Shown: positions 38,600 to 52,888, counted from the first letter of the stretch. The stretch: DNA of 64,000 nucleotides from Octopus sinensis (GCF_006345805.1 NC_043000.1:10044001-10108000); one strand, 5' to 3'. The notes: a model not told the origin generated them from the sequence alone. A program made the numbers and translations.

Positions 38600-38980
38600 A
38601 TCTTTTATCTTTTAGTAGTTTCAGCACGAGAACTGTGGCGGCGCTGGGGCTGTTGCCTTTGTTACACTTTCACTCATTGACACTCCCTCTAATATGTGGC
38701 ATTTTGTGAAAGAAGGCGTTTGTTACCCCGATCTGAGTTTCCTACCGCAAGCTAGGTTTATCCGGAATTCTTGACGGGAGAAAATCCAGTTTTGTTTTCA
38801 AGACACCTACATTCATCCCATGTAGGTCTCTCAGGTCTTTTTGGAGAGGATTTTGAAGATTTGTGGGTCTTTGAAACCCAAGATGCTGCATTATCTGGTC
38901 TTGTATCTTGATGGTGATGTTGGGACCATTGGCACTATGTAATGGCGCCCTGTTCTGCTTTTTGTGTCCGCTCCAGAGTC
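38600..38980 (-). mobile_element. CR1/L2-group LINE 3' fragment
   Basis: Frameshifted translation ILGFKDPQIF/LPKDLRDLHGMNVGVLKTKLDFLPSRIPDKP resembles the LP..LR......FK..LD.FL..IPD.P terminus. Confidence 0.5.
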
Positions 38981-39430
38981 CGCTCCAGCCAGCAATATAT
39001 AGTAAACAAGATCTGTTTGGGGTTAAACAAGTAGTAAATGGAACAGCTACTTTGATATGGCGATTGACTTTACTTGTATATATATAGTATATATATATAA
39101 TATATATATATTATATATATATATATATTATATATATATATATTATATATATATATATATAATAATATATATATATATATAATATATATAAAATTTAAAA
39201 TTAAGGATAAAATCTTTATAAGAAAGTATCAGTAGTTAGCGCGAAAAACCTCATAAGAGAAAAAATCTGTAGAATATTCCACTTTGAAAATATTTATTTA
39301 TATTATATAGAGGGTACTATTATTCATAGGTACCGCACGCTAGGAGGGACTTTTGCAGTCAAAACTACAGAAATAAACAAATTGTACCGAATGCAAAACT
39401 TCAAAGCAAGTCATTTAAAAACAGAATTTA

Positions 39431-39494
39431 GTTACATATCACTTGTGATTTCGCAATCAATGCAGAATATGCATTCTATGCTCTTCAGTGCAAC
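39431..39494 (-). ncRNA. Type I hammerhead ribozyme motif, AUA triplet
   Basis: GUUGCA-CUGAAGA-GCA(AAUGCA/UGCAUU)UGC-GAAA-UCA(CAAG)UGA-UA-UGUAAC. All three stems pair. Confidence 0.82.
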
Positions 39495-40183
39495 GAACTC
39501 AAGACATATAAGAAAAAACACATTACAAACCCGACATATATATTTATCCGTTTCAGTCATTAGAATGCCGTCATTCTGGGGCGCTGCCTTGAAGAACTTT
39601 CTTGTCGAGTACTTAACTGTTTTAAGCCTGGTACATATTCTATGAGTCACCTTTTGTTGAACCGCTAGGTAACGGGGACGTAAACAGTTTTCGTCTACCA
39701 AATCCACACACAAGGCTTTTTATATTAGAAAACACTTTCCCAAGATGCCATGCAGTGTGACTGAACTCAGAACCATGTGTTTGGGAAGCAAGCTTCTTAC
39801 CACACAGCCAAGCCAGCACCTATTTATACATATCACTAACAAGGCATTGATTGGCTTAAGACTACCGTATAGAGAGCACTTGGCCAAAGTACCGCACAGG
39901 CCTACTGAACACGATACCACAAAGTTATGCAGAGGCATGAATATGGACACAACATTTGAATTATTATTGAAGTGTTTGAATTATCTGAAGATTCACTGAA
40001 AATTCTTTGAATGAAGGGAGATTAGCATCGTTATCTGATGAGCCAACGAGACGGCAAAATTGACAGCTGTTGCGGAATCCATGTTTAATCTACAATTTGT
40101 TACAAGATTCCACATATTCTGTTCTGACTTCACTGCTATTTGAACAATTTACCTCACACGGACAAAACACACACACACACACA

Positions 40184-40249
<66 letters not shown>

Positions 40250-40269
40250 TACGCACGTATGCATATCTC

Positions 40270-40605
40270 TTTCTCTTTTTACTTGTTCCAGTCATTTTGA
40301 CTGCGGCCATGCTGGAGCACCGCCTTTAATCGAGCAACTCGACCCCGGGACTTATTCTTTGTAAGCCCAGTAATTATTCTATCGGTTTCCTTTTGTCGAA
40401 CCGCTAAGTGACGGAGACATAAACATACCAGCATCGGTTGTCAAGCAATGCTAGGGGGACAAACACAGGCACACAAACATACACGCACGTACATATATAT
40501 ACATATATACGACGGGCTTCTTTCAGTTTCCGTCTACCAAATCCACTCACAAGGCTTTGGTCGGCCCGAGGCTATAGTAGAAGACACTTGCCCAAGGTGC
40601 CACGT
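40270..40605 (-). mobile_element. SINE family A, head truncated
   Basis: Matches the family consensus from tail to gcccaaggtgccacg. Confidence 0.8.
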
Positions 40606-40926
40606 ATAGATATATACACCACATATATGTGTGTGCGTGTCTATATATTTATAAATGTGCGTATATGGATATATAACTAAATGACGTACAGCTGACTCGC
40701 TATTCGTCTTATTTCTTTGTTCGCATTGTATTTTATGAAGTCGAATGACGATGGAGTCGTGCAGAAGTGTGCAGCTGACATGAGTCAAACATATCCGTGC
40801 ACACGCATGGATAAAAGTAAATCAGTGTAACCAGGCTTAATATGAGACAAAGATGAGCCATTCTTCATGTATGTACATATATGTGTGTCTACACACCACA
40901 CGCACACATACAGACACATATATATG

Positions 40927-41002
<76 letters not shown>

Positions 41003-41074
41003 TATGTGTGTGTGTGCATGTAAGCATATGTACATATATACATATGTATATCTATACGCATATATAAATATTCG

Positions 41075-41126
<52 letters not shown>

Positions 41127-41394
41127 AATATGAATACATATATATACATAAACGAATATATATGTGTATAGATATACATTTGTATATATGTACATATGCT
41201 TACATATATACATATATACACACACACGTATTTACATATGCAACTGTACATATGTATGTATGCACGCACATACACACACATATATATATACATATACGTA
41301 TCTATACATACATACATATAGATATATGCATACATCATACATACATACATACATACATACATACATACATACACAGATTCATACATACATGCAT

Positions 41395-41494
41395 NNNNNN
41401 NNNNNNNNNNNNNNNNNNNNNNNNNNNNNNNNNNNNNNNNNNNNNNNNNNNNNNNNNNNNNNNNNNNNNNNNNNNNNNNNNNNNNNNNNNNNNN
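41395..41494. other. Assembly gap of 100 N
   Basis: Run of N. Confidence 1.
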
Positions 41495-41706
41495 AAAACA
41501 ATTGTAGTGCGTTTTTTTTGACTATTTATTAAAATTTTATGTATTGATTAAGTCTTTCCTGTTTGTTTGCAAATAGTGGTTTGTCTCTAATATTATTTTA
41601 TAATATTTTACTATAAAATTGGATTTAATCCTAAATCTGATTTTTTCCTGTAAATTGGATTTATTCCCTAATATTATTATATATTATAGATATATATATA
41701 TATTAT

Positions 41707-41934
41707 ATTTCTTTACTACCCACAGGGGCTAAACAAAGAGGGGACAAACAAGGACTGACAAACGATTAAGTCGATTATATCGACCCCAGTGCGTAACTGG
41801 TACTTAATTATCGACCCCGAAAGGATGAAAGGCAAAGTCACCTCGGTGGAATTTGAACCCAGAACGTAACGGCAGACGAAATACGGCTACGCATTTCTCC
41901 CGGCGTGCTAACGCTTCTGCCAGCTCGCCGCTTT
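41707..41934 (-). mobile_element. SINE family B monomer
   Basis: Full head and body. Confidence 0.85.
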
Positions 41935-42350
41935 CAATATATATTATCTACGAACTTTTAGTTCAAACTACGTTTTAAGGAAGTTCATTGAGAGCAACTA
42001 GCAGATATTGCACCTGTTTCAATTTGCTTAGATTTACGTCAGTGTAATTCTCGATACAGATTACCGAAGCTGCTAAACTGCTAATATGGATGCACTCTCT
42101 ATCATCAAAACCACCCATGCGTACCTAGGGCTAAACAAGACAACAATAGCTACAACAACTACAGCTGCAACACGTCGACGCGTTCGTCTGCACATCTCTA
42201 TATATCACAAAAATATGCATGTTCATAGATTCCGAAGATATTTCGGAGTATTGCTGTTCTTCTTAGGTCATCATTTTTCATTCCAGAGAAGTAATTAAAT
42301 ATAATTAGATAATTCACATACATAAAACGAATGATACTCTCTCTCTTCTC

Positions 42351-42813
42351 ATTTTCTCTTTATTTCTCTTACTACCTCTCAGCTTCTATAATGATAAATG
42401 AGAAAACAACTGAATCGATGACATGGATTATATATCAAAACTGAATTTCATCCAATTAATTCTGGTGCTAACATGCTATCTTGAAGATAGTGTCTTTTAG
42501 AGACGTATGCTTTTATATATAACGATTATATTATACAACTCGCCCTATAAATGTGTGGCCCTTTCATTTTCTCTTTATTTCTCTTACTACCTCTCAGCTT
42601 CCTTATTTCTCTTACTACCTCTCAGCTTCTTTATCTTCTTTATTGATAAATGAGAAAACAACTGCCTCGATGGCATGGATTATATATCAAAACTGAATTA
42701 CTTCCAATTAATTCTGGTGCTAACATGCTATCTTGAAGATAGTGTCTTTTAGAGAAATATTCTTTTATATATAACGATTATATTATACAACACGCCCTAT
42801 AAATGTGTGGCCC
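42351..42813. repeat. Local tandem duplication of a ~210-250-bp unique segment
   Basis: ttctctttatttctcttactacctctcagcttc...gccctataaatgtgtggccct occurs twice with several substitutions. Confidence 0.85.
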
Positions 42814-43180
42814 TCTGCCATTATAAGTAATCAGTATTTACTATTTACTCTTTATTTAGAAGACAGTAAATTGATAGGAACGTTCGAGTGTTGGACAAAA
42901 TGCCTTGAGGTTTTTATTTGTGGCATGGCATAGAACAGACTCAACGTTTCCTCTGTGTGTTGTAAAAGGGGACTAAGAGAGGTTGAAGCAGCACTCCGGC
43001 CCCGTAACCCTCACCAGCAACAACTACCCGAACAGACCATTGGGTTGGGGAGTTGTCGCCAGAGTGGTGAAAATATGTCACCCTCCAGGAGTAGTAGGGA
43101 ATCACCAACACACAACACATGGTCGATGCTGCGACGTGCTGTTATAGAGCATGACGCCATGCTGCGACGTGCTGCTGCTG

Positions 43181-43254
<74 letters not shown>

Positions 43255-43535
43255 TAAGAAGCTTTACTATAAAAAAAAACTCAGCATTTCTGTATTTTTG
43301 CTAAATCCAGTTATGGAAAAAGAATTATTTCATTTTCTCTCGAAGTTTATGAATTCTTGTGTCATCAGCGACATACAGTTATCGTTGATAAAAATAAGTT
43401 TCTTAAAATGGATAGAAAAATTCGAAGGATTGTTTTGGTCCAATGGTAGAACGTATGTGATGTTTACAGAAGATGTAACTTTAACCATTTCTCCCAAAGT
43501 GTTTTGTTTTTTAATCCAATATTTATACGCTATAG

Positions 43536-43617
43536 TTTATACCATAGCTTTGTCAGCTTCGAGATCCACCACGCCAAGATAGAGTTTACATATATATGTA
43601 TTATATATATATACATA

Positions 43618-43691
<74 letters not shown>

Positions 43692-43764
43692 TATATATAT
43701 ATATAATTACATATATATGTAACTCTATCTTGGAGTGGTGGATCTCGAAGCTGACAAAGCTATG

Positions 43765-43771
<7 letters not shown>
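43536..43771. repeat. ~51-bp inverted repeat around an (AT)n tract
   Basis: 43536-43586 pairs with 43721-43771 with two mismatches. Confidence 0.9.
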
Positions 43772-43797
<26 letters not shown>

Positions 43798-44390
43798 GGA
43801 ATATATGTACGTATTGTATATATTATGTGTGTGTGTATAAATGTATGTATGTATACATGCATGTACGTATGTGTGAATGTGTATGTATATGTATATATTA
43901 AATACACGTGCACATGCTCACACAGAAACAGACACATATAAACACACACAAATATATACACGGAAACAATGATCCCCCTGTCCCCCACTTAAGCTATAAA
44001 TTTGGAATGTTCCAAATAAATAGATAAAGGAATATCGAAATAACGCGTCACTGTTCATAAGATGTCTACACTTTACATTTTGACATTCTATTTGATAAGT
44101 GAGAGTATTATATCCTGGAAATTTCACTACTACAACTGGTTTTATATTTTGCAGCATACGTTTCAACCGACTGGTGTGATATTTCCGAGACATCTGCGAT
44201 AATCTAATACTTTGTGAGGGAGAGAAAGAGACAGGAGTGGTGTGGTGTGGAAACGCAAATGTCATTCGTAATTAAAAAAGACTCTTCTTTATACATGTAC
44301 ATATAAAATCTGATACATTCGAATGCGTACGTATTTGTGTGTGATATTTCCGTGTGTCTGCTTCTGCCTCTATCTATCTATCTATCTATC

Positions 44391-44553
44391 TACCACTTGA
44401 AAAGGAAAGTGAGAGTAGAGAGGCAAGTTTTGTCTAGCGAATGTTTTAAAAAAAAGATGGTGTAATGTAGCAAGAATGGCACGTATGAATGACGAAGCCA
44501 CCTGAGCATGATCCTATGAACCCGAAATCGAAAAGAGAGAGTTGCTTATTTGC

Positions 44554-44586
<33 letters not shown>

Positions 44587-44914
44587 AATGTGACTTCATT
44601 GACCGAGGTTACCGTGGTCTTTTCCGTAGGCTTTTCTTTCCACGGGTAAACTCACCTGTCCTCCCCTTTACACTTCATATTGACATTCTGTGATAACGAT
44701 CCCTATTGATCAATTTTTTTCCTCTCCCCCTTTTTTTTTTTTTTTTTTTTCTTTAACCCCCCCTTTTTTTTTGTCCTCTTTCTCTCCTTTTTACGATCCC
44801 TTTTGATCGAAACTCCCCCTTCCTTTTTTTTTTTTTTTTTTAAAACCTTCAAAAGAAAAGCTCTACCTTGAATTTGTTCTATCTGTGTGCCCCTGTGTGG
44901 CTAATAAAGAAACA
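44391..44914 (+). mobile_element. 5'-truncated Tx1/L1-type LINE 3' end inserted in (TATC)n
   Basis: Near-identical to 62920-63452, with (TATC)n on both sides. A further short 3' fragment lies at ~45181-45222. Confidence 0.8.
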
Positions 44915-44987
<73 letters not shown>

Positions 44988-44988
44988 G

Positions 44989-45041
<53 letters not shown>

Positions 45042-45054
45042 ATATATATATCCG

Positions 45055-45106
<52 letters not shown>

Positions 45107-45229
45107 ATCTATCTATCTATCTGTCTGTCCCTGTCTGTCTATCTATCTTCTATCTATCTATCTATCTATCTATCTGTCTGTCTGTCCCATCTGTGTGCAG
45201 CCCGGTGTGGACAATAAAGAACTTATCTA

Positions 45230-45260
<31 letters not shown>

Positions 45261-45289
45261 CTATCTATCTATCTATATATATATATTAG

Positions 45290-45341
<52 letters not shown>

Positions 45342-45691
45342 CATATATAAACATAAATATAAATATAAATATAAACATATATATATATAATAAATCCCCA
45401 AAAGAACAAACACAAGCAACACAACAACGCGAGGACTTGGTACATGTAATGTATTAGCAGACGCTCAAAGAAAGAAAGAGAGATGGGTTAATGTTTCGAG
45501 CAGATGCTCTTGTTCGGAAACAGAGGAAAGTCCAATAGAAGACGGAAGAAGAAAATCACCAACGATATTCACGTACATAGCCGCATGACCAAATGTATTT
45601 TTTAAACAAATTATTAAATCATGGAAGCCATTTGCGTAGATTCAAGATGTATTTGCATACAACTTTATATAATTATCTTTTGTTTGTGTGT

Positions 45692-45733
<42 letters not shown>

Positions 45734-46555
45734 ATATGTTGGCATAAATATATCTATGATTATGTATCTATACATATACATAAATATACGTGTCGGTAAA
45801 AGGTAGGATTTGTACTTCGACCTCGTAAAACCTTCAACAGTAACGAGTATCCAAACAGATTCAAGGGTTGGAGAGTTGTCGCTCGAGTAGTGCAAAGGAG
45901 TCATCCGCCAAGAGTAGTAGGCTATCACCAACAAATGGTGGATGCAGAGACGCGCTGTTACAGCATATGCACCGTACCACCACCACCACCACCACCACCG
46001 CTGCTGTTACTACTCCACTATATATATATATATATAATGAATGCATATATGTTAATACTAGCACACACATATATATATATATATACGTAGCCAATTATAA
46101 GTATATTATACCTCGAATTTCCTGCATCAAGTTTCTGGAACAGAGTAAATTTGTATACCTTCATCAACAGATGAAGAAAATTGAATAAACATTTCTTCTA
46201 AACCGATACTATGGCGCAAAAATGGGTTATAAACAGAAATAAACCTTTCTTGCGTTAACCATATGAATTTAGGAGATAGAAGTAAGGCGAAGTGTCGATG
46301 AATTCTCTTCGTAATTTTTTCTACGGGAAGCACAAGGCCTCAAAGTTTGGGGGAGGGATTAAGTCGATTACATTGACCCCAGTGCGTATAACTGGTACTT
46401 ATTTAATCGATCCCGAAAGGATGACAGGTAAAGTCGACCTCGGCGGAACTTGAATACAGAACGTAGCGGCATACGAAATACCGCTTAGCATTTCATCCGG
46501 CGTGCTTATGAACTCTCTTCAAAATCTTTTCTATTCTTGGCACAAGGCCCGACAT

Positions 46556-46830
46556 TTCGAACAGAAGAGGTCAGCCGCTTCCCCTTGCTGGTCAGGCATC
46601 TGCAGACTAGTTTCAGGGTATTTGCCCCTTGTCAATGCAGAGTAGTCGGACCCAGCAGGCGTCGCTACTGACTAGTCTACAGATGCCTGACCAGCAAGGG
46701 GAAGCGTCTGACCTCCCCTGTTCGAAGGTTATAATGGACACAGGTTCGTGTGTCACATAGCTAGCTAGAGGCGATGGCCTCTTGGAGCTAATCAACGGCA
46801 GCATTCGTCCTATATTTCTGGAATGCCATA
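46556..46830. mobile_element. Long-TIR fold-back element with a ~56-bp-arm hairpin (46556-46726)
   Basis: ttcgaacag...gcagactagt pairs with actagtctac...ctgttcgaa. Homologue at 29126-29350. Confidence 0.7.
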
Positions 46831-47869
46831 TTAGCTTGGCGATAGCTATTAATATCTAGTACCGCTGCCGTAGTCCTCCTTAGAGAGACTTGGATATAAT
46901 AATATTTCTACATAGTGATACTGATAACCACCTATGAGAAATCAATATGCATATGCTTTAGAGTAAAACATCAGGTGATACAGACTGTAATATTAATTAG
47001 CTGTAACCTAATGAATATGATTACATGAATCTTGCTCTCTTGTCATTCATAACACAATTATGAAGACAACCCTCCGGGAGGATTTCTGCAAATCGCTGAA
47101 GGATAGTCATGCATTTGATTCTCAATTTTTGTAATTTTTCCCATATGATACATTTAATTCTCCATTGTATCTTTTATTCGTCGAATAGTACTCACTCGCT
47201 CTGTAAATATCTCTTTCGTTATTTTATCGCAGTCTTCATTTCTCTCTTTAAAACATACTCAAAAATAGTGCTTCCTGTACGTGACCGAGAAATAGCAAGC
47301 ACCACGTGGGAATATTCTAAGACGTATCGCATACAAAACAGCAATACCAACAGATTCACATTTGATTTGTTTTTTCAAATTATGCCGGTGTGGAAACTTC
47401 AGACTCCCTTTTATTCAGCTCATCTTGAAATTCACATTATGAAAGGTGGGGCAAGAATGAAATCAATTTCATTTAATCCCCTATGATTTCAGATACCTCC
47501 CTCAAACCCTTCCCCAAATGTTCGTAGTCTTGGTGGCATTTAAAATGTGTTTTCTGTATTTGCTTGTTTGTGCGCGCGCGAGTGCATGTATGTGTGTGTG
47601 TATGCGTTAGGTACATGTATGTAAATTACAAAGAAAGTGTTTTGACTGTCTACTTTAATAGTTAAACTTGACAAAGTAGCATTCAAAGTCTCTATATTTA
47701 TTTTACATAATTGTGTATGATGAATATATTTTGCTTTGAAAGTAAATATATTTCGATGGCATTTAATGCGTATCCTCTTCCCCTTTTTTCTTCTTTTTTC
47801 ATTTCTCTTTTCTTTTGTTCCTTTTCCTTTTCTTCTTTTTTATTTTTATTTTTTTTATTTATTTATTGT

Positions 47870-48035
47870 TTTTGTTCTTTTCTTCCCTTTTACGATCCCT
47901 CTTGATCGAAAACCTACGCCACCCCTTTTTTTTTGTTTCTTTTGTTTTTTTTTGTTTTTTTCATCCCCCAAAAGAAAAGCTCTACCTTGTAACTTGTCCC
48001 ATCTGTGTGCAGCCCTGTGTGGCCAATAAAGAAAC
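47870..48035 (+). mobile_element. Older 3' UTR fragment of the same Tx1-type family
   Basis: tttacgatccctcttgatcgaaa...aaaagaaaagctctaccttg...ctgtgtggccaataaagaaac. Confidence 0.65.
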
Positions 48036-48214
48036 TTATAAATGCTTATTAATATTTCGCCAGTTTGTTATTGATTTCAAATTTTGGTACAAGACCCGCA
48101 ATTTCGGTAGGAGGGGTAAGTCGATTTCATCAACCCCATAAAGATGAAAGACAAAGTCATTCTCGGCGGAATTTGAAACGCAAAACTTTTATGAAAGACT
48201 AGATGTTTATGGTT

Positions 48215-48435
48215 GATTAAGGCGTCGAGCTGGCAGAAACGTTAGCACATCGGGCGAAATGTTTAGCAGTATTTCGTCTGCCGCTACGTTCTGAGTTCAA
48301 ATTCCGCCTTTCATCCTTTCGGGGTCGATAAATTAAGTACCAGTTACGCACTGGAGTCAATGTAATCGACTTAATCCGTTTGTCCGTCCTTGTTTCTCCT
48401 CTCTGTGTTTAGCCCCTTGTGGGTAGTAAAGAATA
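48215..48435 (+). mobile_element. SINE family B monomer
   Basis: Family consensus with a short internal deletion. Confidence 0.8.
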
Positions 48436-49957
48436 GTTTATGGTTGATCCAACGCTTAGAGTATTTCTGAAATCCAATACATTTTAAATTAAACAAAATT
48501 TAACAATCAAGTTAAATGACAACGGTTAATGAGCAGGCACTTCATTTTCGTCGGCTGATAATTAATATTTTTCTCCATTTCGCAATGCAACAATCCAGCT
48601 TAATTATTATTTCGCTCATAAATAAGATCGGTTAATCGTTTCACATTATTATTACTAATTTATCATAGACGCTGTAGTGCTAACTAACCATCTCCATTAA
48701 ATCATATAAGATTTTTAAAGAGATAATAAACATTTTATTGTACATAGGTTCTACTTGAACTTGATACCATTAAGCAAAACTATTACGCAAATAAGAAGTC
48801 TAAATTGATATAGTCACATTTGTAACATTAGACCACACAAAAAAACAAAAACAAAAGTAAATTAGGGTTGTGTTTCAGGGGAGAATATTTAAGTTATGAA
48901 GCTAAGTCGCCTAAGTAACAATGCTAGACACTAGAGAGGAGTCGTTTACTCGGCTAAGAGTTTGTACATATGGACGTGCATGCATGGTGTGTGCGTGCGT
49001 GCATGCGTGCGTGCGTGCGCGCGTGAGTCTGTGTGTGTGTGTGTGTGTGTGTCTGGTTAGTGGCAGACTCACATTCCATTTCAACAAAACATTGAAGAAA
49101 TAAGTAACATTCCTCTTCACAGCTTCGTTTGACGGCAACAAGTCAATGAAAATAACTGGTGCAGGTGCCTATATACCGTCTTGTCGAGTTAGCCATTATG
49201 CTGATCAAACATCAAGTGTGATAGTTTATGGCCTGGGCCATACACAGCTATACAGTACTGCTAGGTCTAGAGATCCTTTCGGCTAATTTGACAATATTCT
49301 ACGTTCTTATACAAGCTAAGCTTGTCTTGACATTATTTTTGCCATTGAACATATTAATTTCAGAACGAGAATGTGAGTCCGATGCACGCACGGCTCTTCA
49401 TACTTTGAAAATAAACCTTGTTCTAGTCTAGCATCTACCTATGCAGCAGCTAATTTATAGTCAAATTTTATGAACAAGCTATCATAATATTTAAGCTGTG
49501 CACTTTTAGGCATGATTTAAAAGAAAGCAGAATCTATAGGTGAAAATTCACCCATTTATATTCACCTCGAAATTTATCACAGCTAAACATTCGCCTTGGA
49601 GTGTTAACCTGCAAAATGTCTCAAACATGTTGGCTGTTGGAAAATATCAGGTTTTAGGTAAAATAATAAATAGCTATTTATATAAATTGGCCCTTCAAAT
49701 AGGAAGACGGATCTCTACAAATTTACTATAATTCAATTCCGTTTTGGAATACATATCTAGTAAACCAACGGTGCTAGCTAATCTGTATACGTTGGTCTTC
49801 TAAGATGGCCTGGGATCCATTAAAGGAAATTTGAATTCTATAGAATAGCAAAGTCTTTTTAATTTAGAATGCTCTGCCACCTGCACGTTAATTTTACGAG
49901 CAGGCTGTTCCGTTGATCGGATTAACTGGATCCCTTATCGTCATCACCGACGTAATA

Positions 49958-50190
49958 TCTATTTCTTTATTACCCACAAGGGGCTAAACATAGAGGGGGC
50001 AAACAAGGACAGACATAGGTATTAAGTCAATTACATCGACCCCAGTGCATAACTGGTACTTAATTTATCGACCCCGAAAGGATGAAAGGCAAAGTCGACC
50101 TCGGCGGAATTTGAACTCAGAACGTAACGGCAGACGAAATACGGCTACGCATTTTGCCCGGCGTGCTAACGTTTCTGCCAGCTCGCCGAC
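49958..50190 (-). mobile_element. SINE family B monomer
   Basis: Family consensus. Confidence 0.85.
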
Positions 50191-50607
50191 GTAATATCAG
50201 TTATTTAATCTCTTTTATCTCTTGTTTCAGTTATTTGACTGCGGCCATGGCGGAGCACCGCCTTTAGTCGAGCAAAAAGACCTCAGGACTTAGTCTTTGT
50301 AAGCCTAGTAGGTTATAATGTCAACAAAAATATTTTAGTAACAGAAGAAACTAAAACGAAACGAGGGAGCCTTTACGTTCGACTTACTAGGTATAATAGT
50401 TAAATCTTCCTCGCGACCCAGGTTCTGTACCGTCTTAAGAAAAAGGAACTGATAGACAAGTGACTGTAGTTCTAGATAACTTCGCACCAAGCAAAAAGCG
50501 GGATGGTCACGGTTAGAATGCCTTTCATGATAGGATAAGTTAAGTATGCCAAATCAATGTTGACGTGGAGCTAAACGATGTCTACGATCGCGGTAACAAC
50601 AACAACC

Positions 50608-50790
50608 GGAGGCGCAATGGACAAGTGGTTAGGGCAGCGGATTCGTGGTCGTAAGAACGCGGTTTCGATTCCCAGATCGGGCATTATGAGTGTTTATTGA
50701 GCAAAAACACCTAAGCTCCACGAGGCTCCGGCGAGGGGTGGGGGTGAACCCCGCTGTACTCTTTCACCACAACTTTCTCTCACTCTTTCT
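50608..50790 (+). mobile_element. SINE family C, 5' half
   Basis: Matches ~6261-6450. Confidence 0.7.
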
Positions 50791-52358
50791 TCCTACTTCT
50801 TCTACAAAGCCGAGGAACTATGGTGTAACCCACTATGGTGTGGTAAACTTTCAGACCCTAGTCTAGATTACGAATCCTCTGTACCCCAGGATGGTTCAGC
50901 TCTCCACCCGTTAAAAGTCACCATTTACAGAATGAGGATAACAACGTAGCTTTCGCGCTCGTGTATCGCGTGTGGTGGGTGGATCTTCAAGTTGCCGCAC
51001 GCACTCTTAGTAGCTTAGAGCAGGCTCGAATCAAAGATTATTCTTTGTGGCTAATGGCATGAGTCCTGACTGGAAGAAGAAGAACAACAACAACCACAAC
51101 AACTACAAAACAACACTAGCAACAACAGTAGCAGCAAGGACTACAATAACAAAACAGCAGCAGTAGCTACAATAGCAACAAAAACAAGATTTATTGAATT
51201 TTTCTTCGAAAGTAAACTCGTTGTAGAATCTTTTATAAGGTCACACTGATAATCGATGTCTATTATAGACAAAGGTGAAGCCATTGGGTTTATCGTCTGC
51301 TTGACTTGGGAAACAATTATACTTCATTGACATTTCTGTTGCTTGCTTGAGAAGGTGAATCTCTAAGTAACAAGATAGAGCAACATTCAACATCTCTTGT
51401 CTTAAGGAGTCAGATACTCCAGGCTATCAGCACCACCCATGAAACAAACGGATCAGGTTATAATGAAAAACGAAAGATACGTACAATCCTTCCCCACTTT
51501 CTCGAGCACATTCTTTCCTTCCACAGATACATTTCCAATCCCTCCTTCTCCCGATAATAATAACAATGATGATGATAATGATCTCAAATTCTCTGAAAAA
51601 CAATGGTCTTATTTCAACTGCAAAGCCATTAATACACATATAACTAAAATATATTCGTAGCATCGGTGTGTGTGTGAGTGTGTATATATGTGTATGTATA
51701 TGCACGCACACACGTGTGTATGTGCGTGGATGTGTACATATGTTTAGACATATAAATACTTTGATAGTTATTTTTATTTTGTTATACACACAACGCCTAT
51801 TTATATCCCATTCCTATCTAAAGAACATGACCAATGATTTTATTCTAACAACTGTGGGGGCGTAGCCTAGTAGTTAGAGTGTTCGGTGCGGTCAGTTCTT
51901 GGACCAGATAGAACATTGTCTCCTTAATCAAGGCACTTCTTTCCACATTGCTTCTGACTACGTCTGAGTAGATTAGAGCCCTTTTTTCTACTAGTTGTCA
52001 GATTCTGGGTGTTCAACGTGATCAAGGGTAATAGGACCAAGATGCAGTCTTTGATGACTCGTGACTATATAGAGGCATTGACAGGAGTTGGCAAAAGTAT
52101 GCTACATGTTAAAAGTCATACTCGCTCGCGAGTGACGACTGATTGTACTGTGCATCGGTATTTGCAATTCCAGCGGGTCATCTGGCAAAATCCTAGACGA
52201 AGGCATGGCCATGTGTTTGAGAAGCTCACTTTGCCACCGTGTGGTTTCGGGCTTAGTCCAGAGCACCCTGGGCAAGTATCTTCTACAAATGCCTAACCTT
52301 GCCCAATACAGTCTTAGTGAATTTTTAGACATAAAAATTGTGTGGAAGGCAATATATA

Positions 52359-52392
<34 letters not shown>

Positions 52393-52595
52393 TTCTGTTT
52401 CCGTCTAACAAATCCCTCACAAGGCTTTGTCGGCCCGAGGCTATAGTGGAAGATACTTGCCCAAGATGCCACGCAGTGGAACTGAACCCGGAACCATGTG
52501 GTTGGTAAGCAAGCTACTTACACAGCCACTTCTGCTTCGCGCCTATATATATATTGTGTGTGTGTGAGTGTGTGTGTGTTTGTGTGTGTGTGTGT

Positions 52596-52639
<44 letters not shown>

Positions 52640-52654
52640 ATATTATATATATCT

Positions 52655-52888
52655 ATTTCTTTATTGCCCACAAGGGGCTAAACATAGAGGGGACAAACAA
52701 GGACAGACAAAGGGATTAAGTCGATTACAACGACCCCCAGTGCGAAACTGGTACTTTATTTATCGACCCCGAAAGGATGAAAGGCAAAGTCGACCTCGGC
52801 GGAATTTGAACTCAGAACGTAGCGGCAGACGAAATACCGCTAAGCATTTCGCCCGGCGTGCTAACGTTTCTGCCAGCTCGCCGCCTTA
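52655..52888 (-). mobile_element. SINE family B monomer
   Basis: Family consensus. Confidence 0.85.

Noticed and set aside
40030-40075. ctgatgagcc...ggcaaaattgacagctgt as a hammerhead
   Set aside because: G12 is missing (CAAAA), and stems I and III cannot be assigned. At best an unrecognisable relic.
44391-44914. Similarity to 62920-63452 as a segmental duplication or misassembly
   Set aside because: Similarity stops exactly at the element boundaries, the copies differ by substitutions and indels, and older fragments of the same family exist nearby.
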